Source of the DNA: Lophium mytilinum
Taxonomy: Eukaryota
DNA: 64,000 nucleotides
NCBI GenBank assembly: GCA_010093605.1
Contig: MU004195.1
Location: 248,001 to 312,000 of the forward strand
Direction of reading: 5' to 3'
The notes under the pieces are model-generated. The model worked only from the letters and a program-made list of their open reading frames with translations, ran no database searches and had not been told where the DNA came from. The position numbers and the translations under genes were made by a program. This document shows positions 47,671 to 60,082 of this stretch, piece by piece (positions within the stretch are counted from its first letter, which is position 1; every line of letters begins with the position of its first letter).

Positions 47671-48684
47671 CAGTCTCGCAATCTTTCGAGATCTTTCGAG
47701 GGTTACTCCTCAAATCCACTCCGGATGATTGACCGCCTTCTTCTCAAAGCAGGGACTTCGTCGAATTTGGCTGAAGCGGCAGGTCTCGATTTTATATAAA
47801 CTGCGACTCAACGACGCGAATGGCAGTCACGAAGACAGACTCTTACGTGTCTTCCGAAATACCTCGCCGGCACACAGTTGTTGCGCCAACTAATCAAAGA
47901 GAGCATGATGATGACTACGTTAGAAATCCTTTTACGATCGTCACTTAGCGAGGCATATCACAGGCGTTTGATGGGAGACTGCACAGCTCAAAGTGCATCG
48001 GAAAGTCATAGATGTTTTGGTGCGTCATTAACGAGGCTGCACACCGCCCAGGCGTAAGTGGATGGGCCTTGATATCCCAGGGTCAACTTTACATCTCAAT
48101 ACCATTTTTCAAACTTCAAGATTATCCGCTTTCTTTATGTGATAATCAATGCCCGTAATCCCCATAATCATTGCCGTCTATCACATAAAAGGATAGAACA
48201 CTCTCAATTTAGAATTTACGCTGCTTACTTGCAGTAGCACACCATTGCCATCGTGGGTTTAGAAGGCGGTATCCGTAAGTTGCACCCTCTCTCCCCTACC
48301 GTATCTCACCCTCTATGCTACATAGAGAGCACGAAGTAGTATGTCATGTGTCAGCCAGGCAGCATACCTATTCGAACTCTTACCCGAGTCGTGGAGCACC
48401 CCACCCCCGCTTCCCCAGCTTCTCCCCGCATTATCGGCTATGAAACTTTTCAGGGCCCCTCCCAATCGAGTAAAACTTATTCTCTATTCCAATAACAAGG
48501 CTGGCTTTCAATACCATTGCATCGGAGGGATAATCCCGGCCGGGACGTCCTCCGAGCTCCGACGTTTTGTATAAACGGCCCAATATTTCCATCAACACCA
48601 ACATCACCATACAAATCCATAGTTCACCCTTAAACAGCCCGATCCCCGTGGTTCTCCTCTGTTCATAATACAACACCACCCAAC

Positions 48685-49787
48685 ATGGGCCCTCACAACA
48701 ATGAGAGCTCAGCTGGTGGGCCCGACACCACCACTCCCTTACTTCCCCATTACGAGGATAACGAGCATGACCTCGAAAACGAGAAATACCCCACCCACGG
48801 CGGCGCCACTACCTGGGCCACCTGGGGTCTCGCCTGGACCATCCTCTCCCTCACCATCCTAATCCGCTGGATCACCTCCCCCACCGAATTCCGCCCGGCG
48901 CCGCACGTCAACAACACCCCAATGCCGCTCTGGCGGCTAATCTGCCTCCGAATCGTCGAAGCCGCGTCCTCCATCGTGCTCCTCCTCTTCATGTTCTACA
49001 CCCTCGCCAAACCCCTCTACCTCCACCGCTCCTTCACCCTCGACGGCAAATTCGTAGTCGGCGGCCTCATCGCCCTCCTCTCCGACGGCTTCCTCAACGG
49101 CCAACAATACATCTTCGCCTGGAACTCCTACGCCGTCAACATGGGCTCCTGGGCCCGCTTCACCCCCTTCCACCGCCCCGGCGCCCCCTCCCGCTACACC
49201 GAGTCGCTGCTGTGGGGCCCGCCCATGTACGTCTACTTCTGCGCCGGCGTCGCCATCGTCGGCTGCAAGTTGCACGGCGCGCTGAGCGCACGATTCATAG
49301 GGTTGAGTAATGAAGCCATCTTTGCGCTTGTGTGGCTCGATGCGTTCGTGTTTGATTTTTGTGTGGAGAATCTGATTATCAGCACCACGCATGCGTATGC
49401 GTTTAGTAAGACGTATGGCCCGATGACGCTGTGGAGGGGGCGCGTGAATCAGTTTCCGCTGTATGAGAGTGTTTTTGTGGCGACGTTGGGGACGCTGTTT
49501 ACGTGGATGCGGGTGCAGGCGGGTGAGGATGGGGAGGGGCTAAGTCCGGTGGAGAGGGGGTTTCAGCGGTGGAGGGCGGGGGTGGGGTTTCGGGGAGGCG
49601 GTATGGGGGGAGGTGGTTGCCGGGCGTTGTGAGGGGGTTTGCGGTGATTGGGTTTTGTAGTGCGGCGTGTGTGCTTTGTTATCATTTGCCGTTGAATTGG
49701 TTGGGGGTTTCGGGAGATTGTGTGGCGAGGTTGCCGGATTATTTGATGCCGGGGGAGTGGGAGGGGAGGGAGAGGGGGAGATTGTGA
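48685..49787 (+). CDS. AveC-like spirocyclase/DUF5135 membrane protein with a frame break near 49570-49613
   Basis: FTLDGK, FAWNSYAVNMGSW, ESLLWGPPMYVYF, QFPLYE, LSPVERG; the C-terminus VRGFAVIGF..YHLP..W.G..GD...LPDYL lies in another frame. Confidence 0.65.
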
Positions 49788-50435
49788 AGGGAGACTGGGT
49801 AAATGCTCCTACCATGTTGAATGGAAGTGCATTTCGTGTTGCGACCCGTTACTATGACACTAGCAGGATTATTTGTTGGTCCCAGGGAATCAATGGTAGC
49901 TCCTACAATTACGGACGTTCTTCTCGCCGCCATTAGGAAAGTCTGATAAAGTCTGGGTAAATGCCAGAGATTCCTTTGCTGATTCAAAATCATGCTGGTT
50001 AAGGTTCGCTATGCAGCTTATCGCCCACAAAGATCTGCTTTAAATTTTCAAACTCAGACGTTTCCTATCGTTAGAACCTGTTGAAGCCATAAGCTACGTT
50101 AGCTTTCGACACGACTTATACGAGGGGAGAAGAGACGGTGATATTAGGGAAGTCCTTCAACTCGACTGGTACGTGTTTCCCCACGTGATGGGAAGTTTGA
50201 TTGTATTTGGAAGTTAATATCCCAGGTGTCGTGGCTGATTAAGATGTCTATGGACTTCGTTCGTTATCGTATAGCGTTCTAGGGACGTCTAGCTACAAGA
50301 GTCTAGCAAGCGACGAATCAAACTTACAGTACCCACTCACCGAACCGAACTAGCAAACCGTTTCTTGAGCTGTTTGAAAGATTGACACCTCTAGACACCG
50401 CAGCAGAACTTGCTTAGGTTCCAGACAACTTCATT

Positions 50436-51833
50436 ATGGTGCCTCCACACAATAACCAGACCGAAAATGACCAGGGAGGTAAGAGACGCGATCACGACGA
50501 CGATGATGATCGGGACCGTGAGCGCAGTGATCGTGGAGAAAGATATCATGGAAACCGGCGTCACGAAGACAGGTATCATAAAGATAGATCTCGCGAGGAT
50601 AGGGGCCGTGAAGCCTGGGAGCATGAGGCAAGGGACCAAAGAGAACGTACCAAATACCTAGAGGGCTTGCGACACACGAAAGGACCCCTCGTAGGCGGCC
50701 GAAATACCCCAGATCACCGCAGCGGTGTTCCGTTGCACTCAGGGGGTGGAGCTCAGTCATCTAATCCTAATTCGGTCCCAATAGGCAGGAAACGGACACC
50801 TTCCGAGGAAGGAGAGATTACGTCCATGTCTCGGACACCTAAGAAACCGCGTGCAGCATACGAGCAACAAGCGACTACTCAACGAGGCTTTCAACGACCT
50901 CCGCCTTCTTCACCAAAGGGCCAATCAAGATCCTATACCCAGGTTCCGTCTCGCTCTAATGTTGCAAACACGAATAGACCTGATTCAGCATTTGGTAGCA
51001 TGAATGCTCCACCTACGATTGGACACTTGACCGGTGTCGCCCCTGTCCTTCCTGCGCAGCCTGGAGCTACATTGGCCACAGGTCAAACACCATTCGAACC
51101 CGAGATTTCGCCTAGAGCGACTGAGCTCAGTGAAAGATTAGCCCGCAGAGCTCGAGAGCTTGAAGCCCAGTCTAGTGCGATTAGAGCCGCTTTGGCCGAG
51201 GAAAGAGAAGCTAGCGAGCAGGTCAACGCCGCAAGGCTTAACCATCTAGAAAAGCGGAGACTATTGAACGAGTTAGATGCTAAATCTGAGTCGCGAACAG
51301 AAGATGAGGCTTCAACTTCAGTAATCAATCCCAGACAACACAGTGCAGTAGTCTCTCTCCAGTCGAACCACCCAACAACAGTTCCACAGGATGTCGAGAT
51401 GACTGGTCTCATTCAACCAGCTGAGGGAATGGCCTCAGATGCGAACCCACCCCAGCCGGCCGCAGAACTAGCTTCGTCTCATCGAAAATCGCCATCCCGT
51501 CGTGCCAATTCGAATGCGGGCTCTGGAACTAACGATCGCGCAATCCCGAACTCTAAGAGCATCGAAAAATCACCAGCGAAGGATTCAGTTCATTCTGGAA
51601 CAGAAGCTCCCGCTAACGCTACGCCAGCAATGGGTCTGCCCTACATGCAACAAGAACTTCGCGCATTCATTGACGATGAGGCTCTAGCTGCAAGTCAAGC
51701 CCAGCCGCCGAACATACAGCAGGGAAGCCCCCCAGATGGAAGGGCGCGGAAATCTCAAAACGTAGATGATAGTAAAGGGATAGGAAAGCGCAAAGGGGGA
51801 AATAACGAGAACGGTAAGCCTGGGCGCGGGTGA
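50436..51833 (+). CDS. Hypothetical low-complexity protein (R/D/E-rich N-terminus, coiled coil); 3' end may be spliced at GTAAGC near 51814
   Basis: 465-aa ORF, no recognised domain. Confidence 0.55.
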   Translation: MVPPHNNQTENDQGGKRRDHDDDDDRDRERSDRGERYHGNRRHEDRYHKDRSREDRGREAWEHEARDQRERTKYLEGLRHTKGPLVGGRNTPDHRSGVPLHSGGGAQSSNPNSVPIGRKRTPSEEGEITSMSRTPKKPRAAYEQQATTQRGFQRPPPSSPKGQSRSYTQVPSRSNVANTNRPDSAFGSMNAPPTIGHLTGVAPVLPAQPGATLATGQTPFEPEISPRATELSERLARRARELEAQSSAIRAALAEEREASEQVNAARLNHLEKRRLLNELDAKSESRTEDEASTSVINPRQHSAVVSLQSNHPTTVPQDVEMTGLIQPAEGMASDANPPQPAAELASSHRKSPSRRANSNAGSGTNDRAIPNSKSIEKSPAKDSVHSGTEAPANATPAMGLPYMQQELRAFIDDEALAASQAQPPNIQQGSPPDGRARKSQNVDDSKGIGKRKGGNNENGKPGRG

Positions 51834-52380
51834 CAGCTTTCCTGTTGCAACTTGTTGTAAGGAAGCAGCGTATTGGCGTTTGAGGGTTGGAATTTTCGAG
51901 TTTTGCATCCAGTAATCGCGGTAGCAGCCACATTTTAAGCTTCGAAGGGCAATGTTTACTGACTTCTTTTCCTCATATACCCCTTTCTTCTTGCTGCTCC
52001 TTAGCTCATTGAAATTCATTCCTCCACCCTGGCACGAGCGCGATCTAGTTGGTGATTAGCTGAGGACATGATTGCAAGGCTTTGTAATTAATTCAAGACG
52101 AGATATGGAAGCTTTTAGTAGGTTACTGTCCTTAACATTGTAAGGTAGTGAGAGTGCTAGGAGGAGATAGGTCGTTGCCTCTTTCGTACAGATCATAAAA
52201 CGTCGTGCCTTACTGCTTCTGTCGAATATCTATCGCTCCTGGATGATTGAAAAGAGGTTATAGACTTGACAAGAAATTCAAAATGGCGTTAATTAGCGAT
52301 ACAAAGAACCTAGTTGTAACTACGAGAGTCCTTTGGGGATATACATTGTAAAATAGGCAGACTCACACTTATAGACGAAG

Positions 52381-53342
52381 TCACATCCTGGAATGCTTGT
52401 CTTCTGCTTCCTTGAGAATGCTAGCCAGTTCTGCGTCGTCGTACTTCTCCGCCAAGAAGCGTGGTGTTTTCCCTTTGCTATCCAATTTCAGAGGATCGGC
52501 TTCTTGCTCTAATAAGTACTTGACGACGTCTCTTTTGCGAAACTCTGCGGCTCGGTGAAGTGGTGTGCCCAGGCCAAATGGCTCACGCTCCCAATACACT
52601 GTCGGTTCCCTTTCATATTTGACTTCATTGATCGGCGCACCTCGCTGAACAACCCGACGAACTACGTCTAGAGCATCCGGTTTCTCCCTAATGACGGCCC
52701 ATTGGAGTAATTGGCCACATCGAGCGTCTCCTCCTCGAGAGAACACGTAGTCTATAAGTTCCAGAGGAGCCTGGTATATGGCTAGAGACATGGGAGTGAA
52801 ATCCCACGCGCAACGGGCATTCGGATCGGCGCCATGATTGAGCAGCCACTCAACCATTTCTCTATCCGAGGTACACAGAGGTATACTTAGAAACTGTTAG
52901 TGAAATCAAATTCAGCCTTATAGTCAAGAAAAGCGTACCTCAACATAGGGGGTTCATTCCGGAGCCGCGGTTGGTTTATATCCCATCCATACTGAAGTAA
53001 TAAGTGCAAAACTCCGTAAGCTCGCGTACGCACAGCAGTCTCAGCCACGAGAAATGGGACCGCAACATTCTCATCAAGCAGGAATCGCACCATTTCGATG
53101 TGCTGCCTTTGCACGGCCATGTCAAGCGAGCTGAGTAACCATCTCGGGTCGGGAGTGTGTGGCTCAGGACCCCGCTGAGGATCATGGAGGAGCCGCTGGA
53201 CTTGCGTTTTGACTTCCTCGAGATCGCCCTGGCAAGCGGCCTGGTAATATAGTTCGACTTCTTTAGGCCTGAAAAAGGGGGGCCATCCCCCATCGATAAC
53301 GGTGTCGGAGATCTCCTGGGTGTCTGCATAATGGTTATGCAA
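52381..53342 (-). CDS. Ankyrin-repeat protein; intron 52886-52938; start codon not found, possibly a pseudogene
   Basis: LLLQYGWDIN, VEWLLNHGADPN, GTPLHRAA, YLLEQEADP..DSKGKTP. Confidence 0.75.
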
Positions 53343-55103
53343 CGAATGTTGAGGCCTTGGTTGGGTCGATTGAGATTGTTCTTGCTAGGAGGCTTATCTC
53401 AGGATAGGAGTAATATGTGCTGACTTTTTCTCCTAGCGCAGGCTTTGTCTTCTTCCCATTCTCAATACTTCAGCCCATTGCCGTCACTCCTTCGCTTTGG
53501 CACGATCCAGTTTATAGTTAGCTTAAGGACATGGAATCAAGACTCTATAAGTACTTTGGGACAGACGAGATATAGAGTCTTCATCAAACTGCTTACTTTG
53601 AAGCTGTGAGACGTTGCGAGTTCTAGGAACAGATAGGTGGACGGAAAGGAGTGTGGAGTCAATTTCGGGGCTGCCGCGTTCTGACATCTCATCACACTCG
53701 CTTATTAAGCAATTCGAAGCCTCATCTTCACGACTCACTCCCGATGCCATCCGAAGCTGTCGGCACGCTCTGGGATGAGCCAGCTCCATCAAGAATGCCT
53801 CTCTTTCCATCATTTTAAGGTCTGCAGCTCAAGCGCTGCACAGCTGCAGCATTGTGCCCCCTATCCTATCGCTAGCGCTATTTTGCCGGAACATGATCAA
53901 CCCATCATCTCTGAAACTTTGAGATTCACTTATTTCTGAGCAAAAGGTCATAATAGCAGCATCTTTGGATTCGTGGAGAGCGAAAACGCTACCAATACCT
54001 TGATGAACGTACGTGGGCTTTTGCAATTGAAAAACTCTTCAGCGACTAATTGAGATTACAGCTCTATACCACGGCTCGGACTGAATGGATACTGCTTCGC
54101 TCCCTAGCCTGTACAAGCATACGCGCAGTCCATTCCAATCTTAACCCTTCGCGATACCATCCCCAAGAGCCAAAAAGCAGAACATCGACCCGCAGCGAGA
54201 CTAAAAGCACGGGGACAGGATCAAGAGAAGACCAGCCGGCGGCCTCCTACAGGTCCTGGATCAAGAGTTCCTAGTGATATTGTTATGCAGTTCCGACCCC
54301 GAGCCCATGTGAGATAACAGGGGGGATCAAAGAGAAGCATTCATTTGTTCAAGCCGCTGAAGGCAGAGCGGGCGTCCTCGTGGAACAGCGACATCTATTT
54401 CTATGGCCTTACTTCTACCTCATAGTCTCTGCAAGTGCAATGTGAGTAGGCTCTGCCTCGGGAGCCGCGACATACTTGGCACCGTCTGATTTACGAGTTG
54501 AGCAGTATGGCGAGCATTACAGGCGTTCGTCTGTTTATTTTCATGCACGGCCTTGCATTGCCCCTGACTGCTTTTTCTTTGAGCTAAAATCTGGCTCGGC
54601 GAGACTGAAAGCGCACTCCCGACTCCCTCAGGTCACCTTTGTTATTGTTTACTTCAATGACTTCTACGAATCTGGCAAGCACCTACGTCACAATGGTGTG
54701 GTACATCACCTCTCTTATTAGCAAGGACCTCGTTGCTATTTTTGTTCAAATGAAAGGGAGACCCTGGTCGTACCAACATTTCTCATGATCATATCACGGC
54801 CACTCCGTTTTTGATTTTGGAAAGCGGATAGCCGCACAACCCCCAGAGTCTAGACAACTACTTTTCGTAGCACAAGGATGTCGTCCGTGCCGTCGTCCGT
54901 GCTGTCATCTCTGCCTCGAGCTTTGACCGGTCCTGATATCCCGGTAACGCTGCCTCAGTTTCCCAGGTTCCCAGGCCCCTCTGCTGAGCGCTGGTAGCTT
55001 GGATTTCCGTATGGCGAAACAGCGGATTTGCTTGCAGCATATGTTCGACTTCCCTATAGATGCTATGCAGAAAAGACGTTCGCCAAGCAAAAGGACTTTA
55101 ACG

Positions 55104-55206
55104 AGAGTACCTGCTCATCATAGTCACCAGACGGAAACATGCAACTCTTGAGAGTCCCCGCTCATCAAAGTCAGCAGACAGAAACATGCAGCTCTTGACG
55201 GTACCC
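55104..55206. repeat. 47-bp tandem duplication plus a partial third copy
   Basis: AGAGTACCTGCTCATCATAGTCACCAGACGGAAACATGCAACTCTTG at 55104 and AGAGTCCCCGCTCATCAAAGTCAGCAGACAGAAACATGCAGCTCTTG at 55151. Confidence 0.85.
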
Positions 55207-55549
55207 TTGCGTTCGAGCTAATGTTTCGGATGCTCCCGTGTCCGTGCTCCCACTCGATTTCTTTCATTGTTCAGCTTCCTTTGCACGTACACCACCCCCT
55301 GTACGGACTGGACACCACCGTGCGCAAAACAAGGGGCTTTGTATGTATAATCCCCTGTTCAACGCACGGTCGTGGTCAATCCGTACAGGGGGAAAGAGTG
55401 TAGTTGCTAAATCGTTCATCGGCTTTCCAGGTTGGAGGTCCATCGAGATTGCGCATCGAGGTGACTTGTTCCCCAGCTCTATATTAGACCGCCCTTCCGA
55501 CGCCTCTCTAATGTGTTCGGTCAACAACCTTCTCAGCACAACTTTTCAA

Positions 55550-56951
55550 ATGGCTCATAAGCGAGAAGAATATCATTCGGAGGCGGCTAGGCAGTCGCCT
55601 GCAGGCAAGGACAAGAGAAAGGAATGGACTTTGAAATCAAAGCGTCCAAGCATGGTACATGCCCCCGTTTCTCGCACGCACCTATTCCGTCTAACATCCT
55701 CGCAATATTGTGGGTCAGCATGCACTCAGCTAATTCTATCAGAGAAAATCAATCGAGCAAGAGCGCTCCAAGAGCGAAACTGTGCCAGCCAACCGTGCGG
55801 CTGTACATACAGTGCCTTTTCCAACATCTTGCAAAACGCTTATTCGCCCCTTATCATCATCCTATTCGTTACCATCTATAGCGCAGTCAACTCCACCGCC
55901 GCTAGAGCCGCTAGCTCGACCGCTCGATGCTAGCGACGCCACTCAATCGGACGTAAATTACATAGACCTAGATTCGACAGTTGGCCCACTTGTTTCAGCT
56001 ATCAAGAAGCGTATGATCGAAGCCGTATCAAGCGCTAATGCAGAAATTATAGAGGGACTAGCCGCAAGAGATAAGTGCATCGAGGTTGCGGAAAGCAAGT
56101 CGAACCTAGATAGGCCAGAGTTGGATAATCTCAACCAGAAGATCAAAGAAGACGAAAAAATGTATAGGACCTTGATTGTCAGTATCGCGCTTGATAAGAG
56201 GAAGAGGCAAACTCTGGAAGAGAATATTCAGTTGAATATCAAGTGCCAACAATCAGCACGAGAGGAACATAAGAAGCTTGAGATTCGGATACATCGGGAG
56301 CTTGAGAAGCGGTTTGCGACATTAAAGCGAAGACTGGATCTCGACGATGGTGAGAAGCCTTCCGGCGAAGGAGGGCATCATCCGTTTAAAAGGATAAGGG
56401 AGCAACACCCAATCAAGATTGCCCAATGTTATTCCCACAATAAGACTGAGCCAGAATTCAACGAAGAAGCCGAGGACGTTTGTTTGGGAGAGCCTCGGGA
56501 GGCTTTCCAAGACGCGACTGAGTACGCAACAAACTATGGAGTCAATAATGACGCCAATGGAGGAGCCGAGGAGGACTCAAAAGAGGCAATTGACGAGTGT
56601 TCTCACGAAGGGGTAGAAGAACTGCCCTTCAAAGAAGTTGTTGGAGAGTTTTTAGAAGAAGATATATCTCAGGTACGCGCTACTCCAGTCCCGAAGACCG
56701 TCTGAGATGGTTTTGACTTTCAATCGTCCGCAGGTTGATGATGAGCAATGCCAAAGCATCTACGTGATGTCTTCTGAAGCCTTCCAGGCATCGCTCCATC
56801 ACAAGTCCACATAGTTGACGGGTAATAGCAGGACTTAGATAACGTCGGGGTAGACGAACGCTCCGCCTCGCACTTTATGCCTAAGGAGGAAGACGAAGAT
56901 CCTGACTACCAGCCATCGAGTGGTACCGACGATAGTGAGGATTCCGACTAG
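55550..56951 (+). CDS. Hypothetical coiled-coil/acidic protein; introns 55655-55742 and 56673-56733; ends at 56814 or 56951
   Basis: Introns keep frame; heptad-like K/E-rich centre; acidic C-terminus. Confidence 0.55.
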
Positions 56952-57950
56952 AACCAGCAGTTGAGCTGCCGAAAATATACTGCGATCATAAATAAGACAC
57001 CCATCATTACAATACCTATATACCCAGAATTCAGTAGTCTCTATTGGTGTGTCCGGCATGGCTCTCTATTCTTCTCAAGTGGATGGCTTCTGTCCAACCT
57101 GACTGTAAATTGTAACCCCCCCCCACTTAACCTTGATCCCGTTCTCGACCCGCTGAAATACTTGATTATCCTCCGAGTGGCGCCTTCTGTGACACCTAGC
57201 TAAGCAGTGCTTTCGTCACGGTAAAATGCCGGAGGTGCGAACTCTATCGGCTACCTGCAAAATCTATGTCCTAACCCGGTCAGCGGCCCTATCGCGACCA
57301 CGAGTCTCACGAGCACAACGGCGTCCCTGTCGCACAACCACTAAACTCTATATTTTTCGAGGAGGACTCCGCTCTTACTGTGTAACTCACCTAACGGCGT
57401 GAGTCACATCATGCAGATTCCCCATGCTCCGCATTCTGAGAGCGACCCAGCCCTTTTTGCAAACGGACGCTCCTTATCAATGCTCCTCAAGTTCAGACAT
57501 TAGGCAAGTATTCAAGTATACTGACATCTCTCATCTTTCATCTTTATAGCGGACCACATTCGGACTCAACGCATTGCTAGGTCACTTCTCTTGTGCTGCA
57601 GATACCCGAAGACTGTTTGAAACGTCTTCCTGGTTCCTTGTCCTGTCCGGGTGAGGATGCAAAGGTCATCCATGGTGTGCAACGTCTTCTGCCGTTTGAG
57701 CGGGAGCATGCAGAAGTCAACTTGGCGGGGACGCGTGCATACCTAGTTCAAGCGGAGCTGTCACTGTCAGTGCTAGATTTAAACGCATCTAGGACCCGAC
57801 CACTTTCTTTATCGTCGCTCCAACATATAAGTTTGGTCAAGCCTTATATACAGTTCCTTTATTTCTCCACCCTCAAGACATTTCAACACCTCGACTTCTC
57901 ATCAGCATCCTACTATACCCAGCCAGCAGGCCCAGGAGACCCAGCCTCAC

Positions 57951-59074
57951 ATGTCACCTCCCCCGAACAGCCCTACAAGCTCAATGTCTCGGGCGTTTGC
58001 AAAGCTTAGCGTTGGCGACAAAAATGCAAGGATGATGAAGTTAAATCTCCCTAGCACTGCTGGCCGAAATAAACGAATGATGGAGAGGGGCACAGAGGAG
58101 GTAGCTACGAAGAAGGGAAGGACGGATCGAGCGCAAGACCGTGGCAGCCAGGACTGCCACTCTACCAACTCAAGAGATGCTGAGGTAAGCGCATGCAGAT
58201 TCGTGGCTAGATATCATTCATCTGCTAACGCATTCTTGAGCGTATCTCTCGCGACGAACGACGAGAAACCGCCGCCTCGCCGTCTCCTGCCCAGCCTCTT
58301 CGACGAATACAGGCTGCATCGCCGTTGTCTGCCCAAGCTCATCGACGATTACGGGCTGCATCGCCTTCTTCTGCCCAAACTGATCAACGAATACGGGCTG
58401 CATCGCCTTCTTCTGCCCAAACTCATCAACGAATACGGGCTGCATCGCCTTCTTCTGCCCAACCTCATCGACGAATACGGGCTCCATCCATAGCTAGCAA
58501 TTCGTCCAATGTCTCGCGTCCTCGAGATGCCCAAGGTCCACGACCACTCCGTTCTATACATGAGTCAGCTTCTGCCCGACGTTCAACTCCTCCGATAACC
58601 CCTTCCGTAGACTCCGCCGGGGAGACGGACGCCACATTTACGGACGCGGCCTCTCGTCGCGAGGCTTTCATGGATGCCTTACACAACAACGCGGACCCTC
58701 CAGACTATATGGCTTGTCTGAAGACGCTCGAGAGGGCCGCAAGTCACGATCAGAGAAGAAGAGCTCGGGAGATTAAAAGGCTCACACGCGAGAAAGAAGC
58801 TTCCCAGCAGGGTGTCGCAGGCGCGAAGGCGTTGGCTGATATGCAACATCGGGAGGCGATGGAGACCTTTAACAAAGAGAAAGCGGGTGTTGAGTATGCT
58901 GAGAAACAGAATGAGGAAAGAATCCTAGAGTTGAAGGCGAAGCTTGCAGAAGAAGAGAAGGTGAAAGAGATGATCCTCAACGATAAGAGCGTCTTGGAGC
59001 AGGGGCACAGTAATACCCAACGCGAGATATGCGAGCGCATTATGGCGGCAGTTAGAGAGGTTTCGTTGAAGTAA
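57951..59074 (+). CDS. Hypothetical protein with 14-aa repeats and a C-terminal coiled coil; intron 58185-58240
   Basis: GTAAGC...GCTAAC...GAG intron joins ATG 57951 in frame to ORF 58325-59074. Confidence 0.65.
58259..58489 (+). repeat. Coding minisatellite, 42-bp unit, ~5.5 copies
   Basis: Units start at 58259, 58301, 58343, 58385, 58427, 58469; consensus CRACGAATACGGGCTGCATCGCCTTCTTCTGCCCAAACTCAT. Confidence 0.95.
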
Positions 59075-59299
59075 ATCTAGGTGTTAGTCGGAGTAGTGGT
59101 GGGAAAATACGCGAGTGAAGGAATTTCACAAGATGCAAGCATCTCTATATACCTAGCTATCACCGGTATAAAGTCAGCATCATTAGCATGCACCATCAAA
59201 CTGATTCCTTCGTATGCGTCACTCGATTCCACGTTCGCCCTATCTTGACCTTGGTTCAGCCTTAGACCCATACTCACAAGAATCCCCCACTTCATCTCC

Positions 59300-60082
59300 C
59301 TACCCATCCAACCCACACGCCGCCCTCACCACCCCCACCATCTCCCCCGTCCTCAAAAACACCGAATGCCCACTCTCCACCCTCACCTCCCTCACCTCGA
59401 CCCCTCTCCCCTTCACCCTCTCCATCATAATCCCCTGATACACCCCCGGCACCCCATAATCCTCACTCGTATACACATACGTACTCGGCACCTCCCTCCA
59501 CGCCTCCCCTTCCACCTTTACCTCCATCGCACTCATCGGAAACCGCACCAACCCCGCCACCCCCTTCTCCACCACCGCCGCATCTTTCACATCATTAAAA
59601 AACATCAGCTCCGGATCCCGCGGAAACGTACTCCCGTCCTCCGCAACCTCGACGTGCTCGTGGAAGATTTCCTCGAATTGCGCGGCTCGCACGATATCCC
59701 ATATCGAGGTGCCGGCTTCGAGCATGTACGCGCACAGGTAGATGAGCTGCACGACGCCGCCGGGCTTGCCTACCGCGGTCCGCGCGGCGGTGGAGAGGCC
59801 GGTGATGGCGGAGGTGCCGACGGCGCCGCCGTAGGAGTGCATGACCATGGCGACGGACTCGCCGGTGGCGAGGAGAGAGTCGACGAGGGTGCGCACGGTA
59901 GCGACGTCGTCGGGGAAGGTGGCTGGGGGTGGGCGGGTGTTGCTGCAGGAGGGGAGGGGCGGGCAGTGGACGGTGAAGCCGGCGGCGGAGAGGGCGGAGA
60001 TGAAGGGGGTGTAGGCGGCGGGGGTGTGCCAGGCGCCGTGGACGAGGACGATGGTGGGGAGGGGTGGGGTGGGGGAGGACAT
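59300..60082 (-). CDS. Alpha/beta hydrolase (Abhydrolase_6, methylesterase-like)
   Basis: IVLVHGAWH, nucleophile VMHSYGG, YTSED, SGHSVF. Confidence 0.9.
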   Translation of the reverse strand: MSSPTPPLPTIVLVHGAWHTPAAYTPFISALSAAGFTVHCPPLPSCSNTRPPPATFPDDVATVRTLVDSLLATGESVAMVMHSYGGAVGTSAITGLSTAARTAVGKPGGVVQLIYLCAYMLEAGTSIWDIVRAAQFEEIFHEHVEVAEDGSTFPRDPELMFFNDVKDAAVVEKGVAGLVRFPMSAMEVKVEGEAWREVPSTYVYTSEDYGVPGVYQGIMMERVKGRGVEVREVRVESGHSVFLRTGEMVGVVRAACGLDG

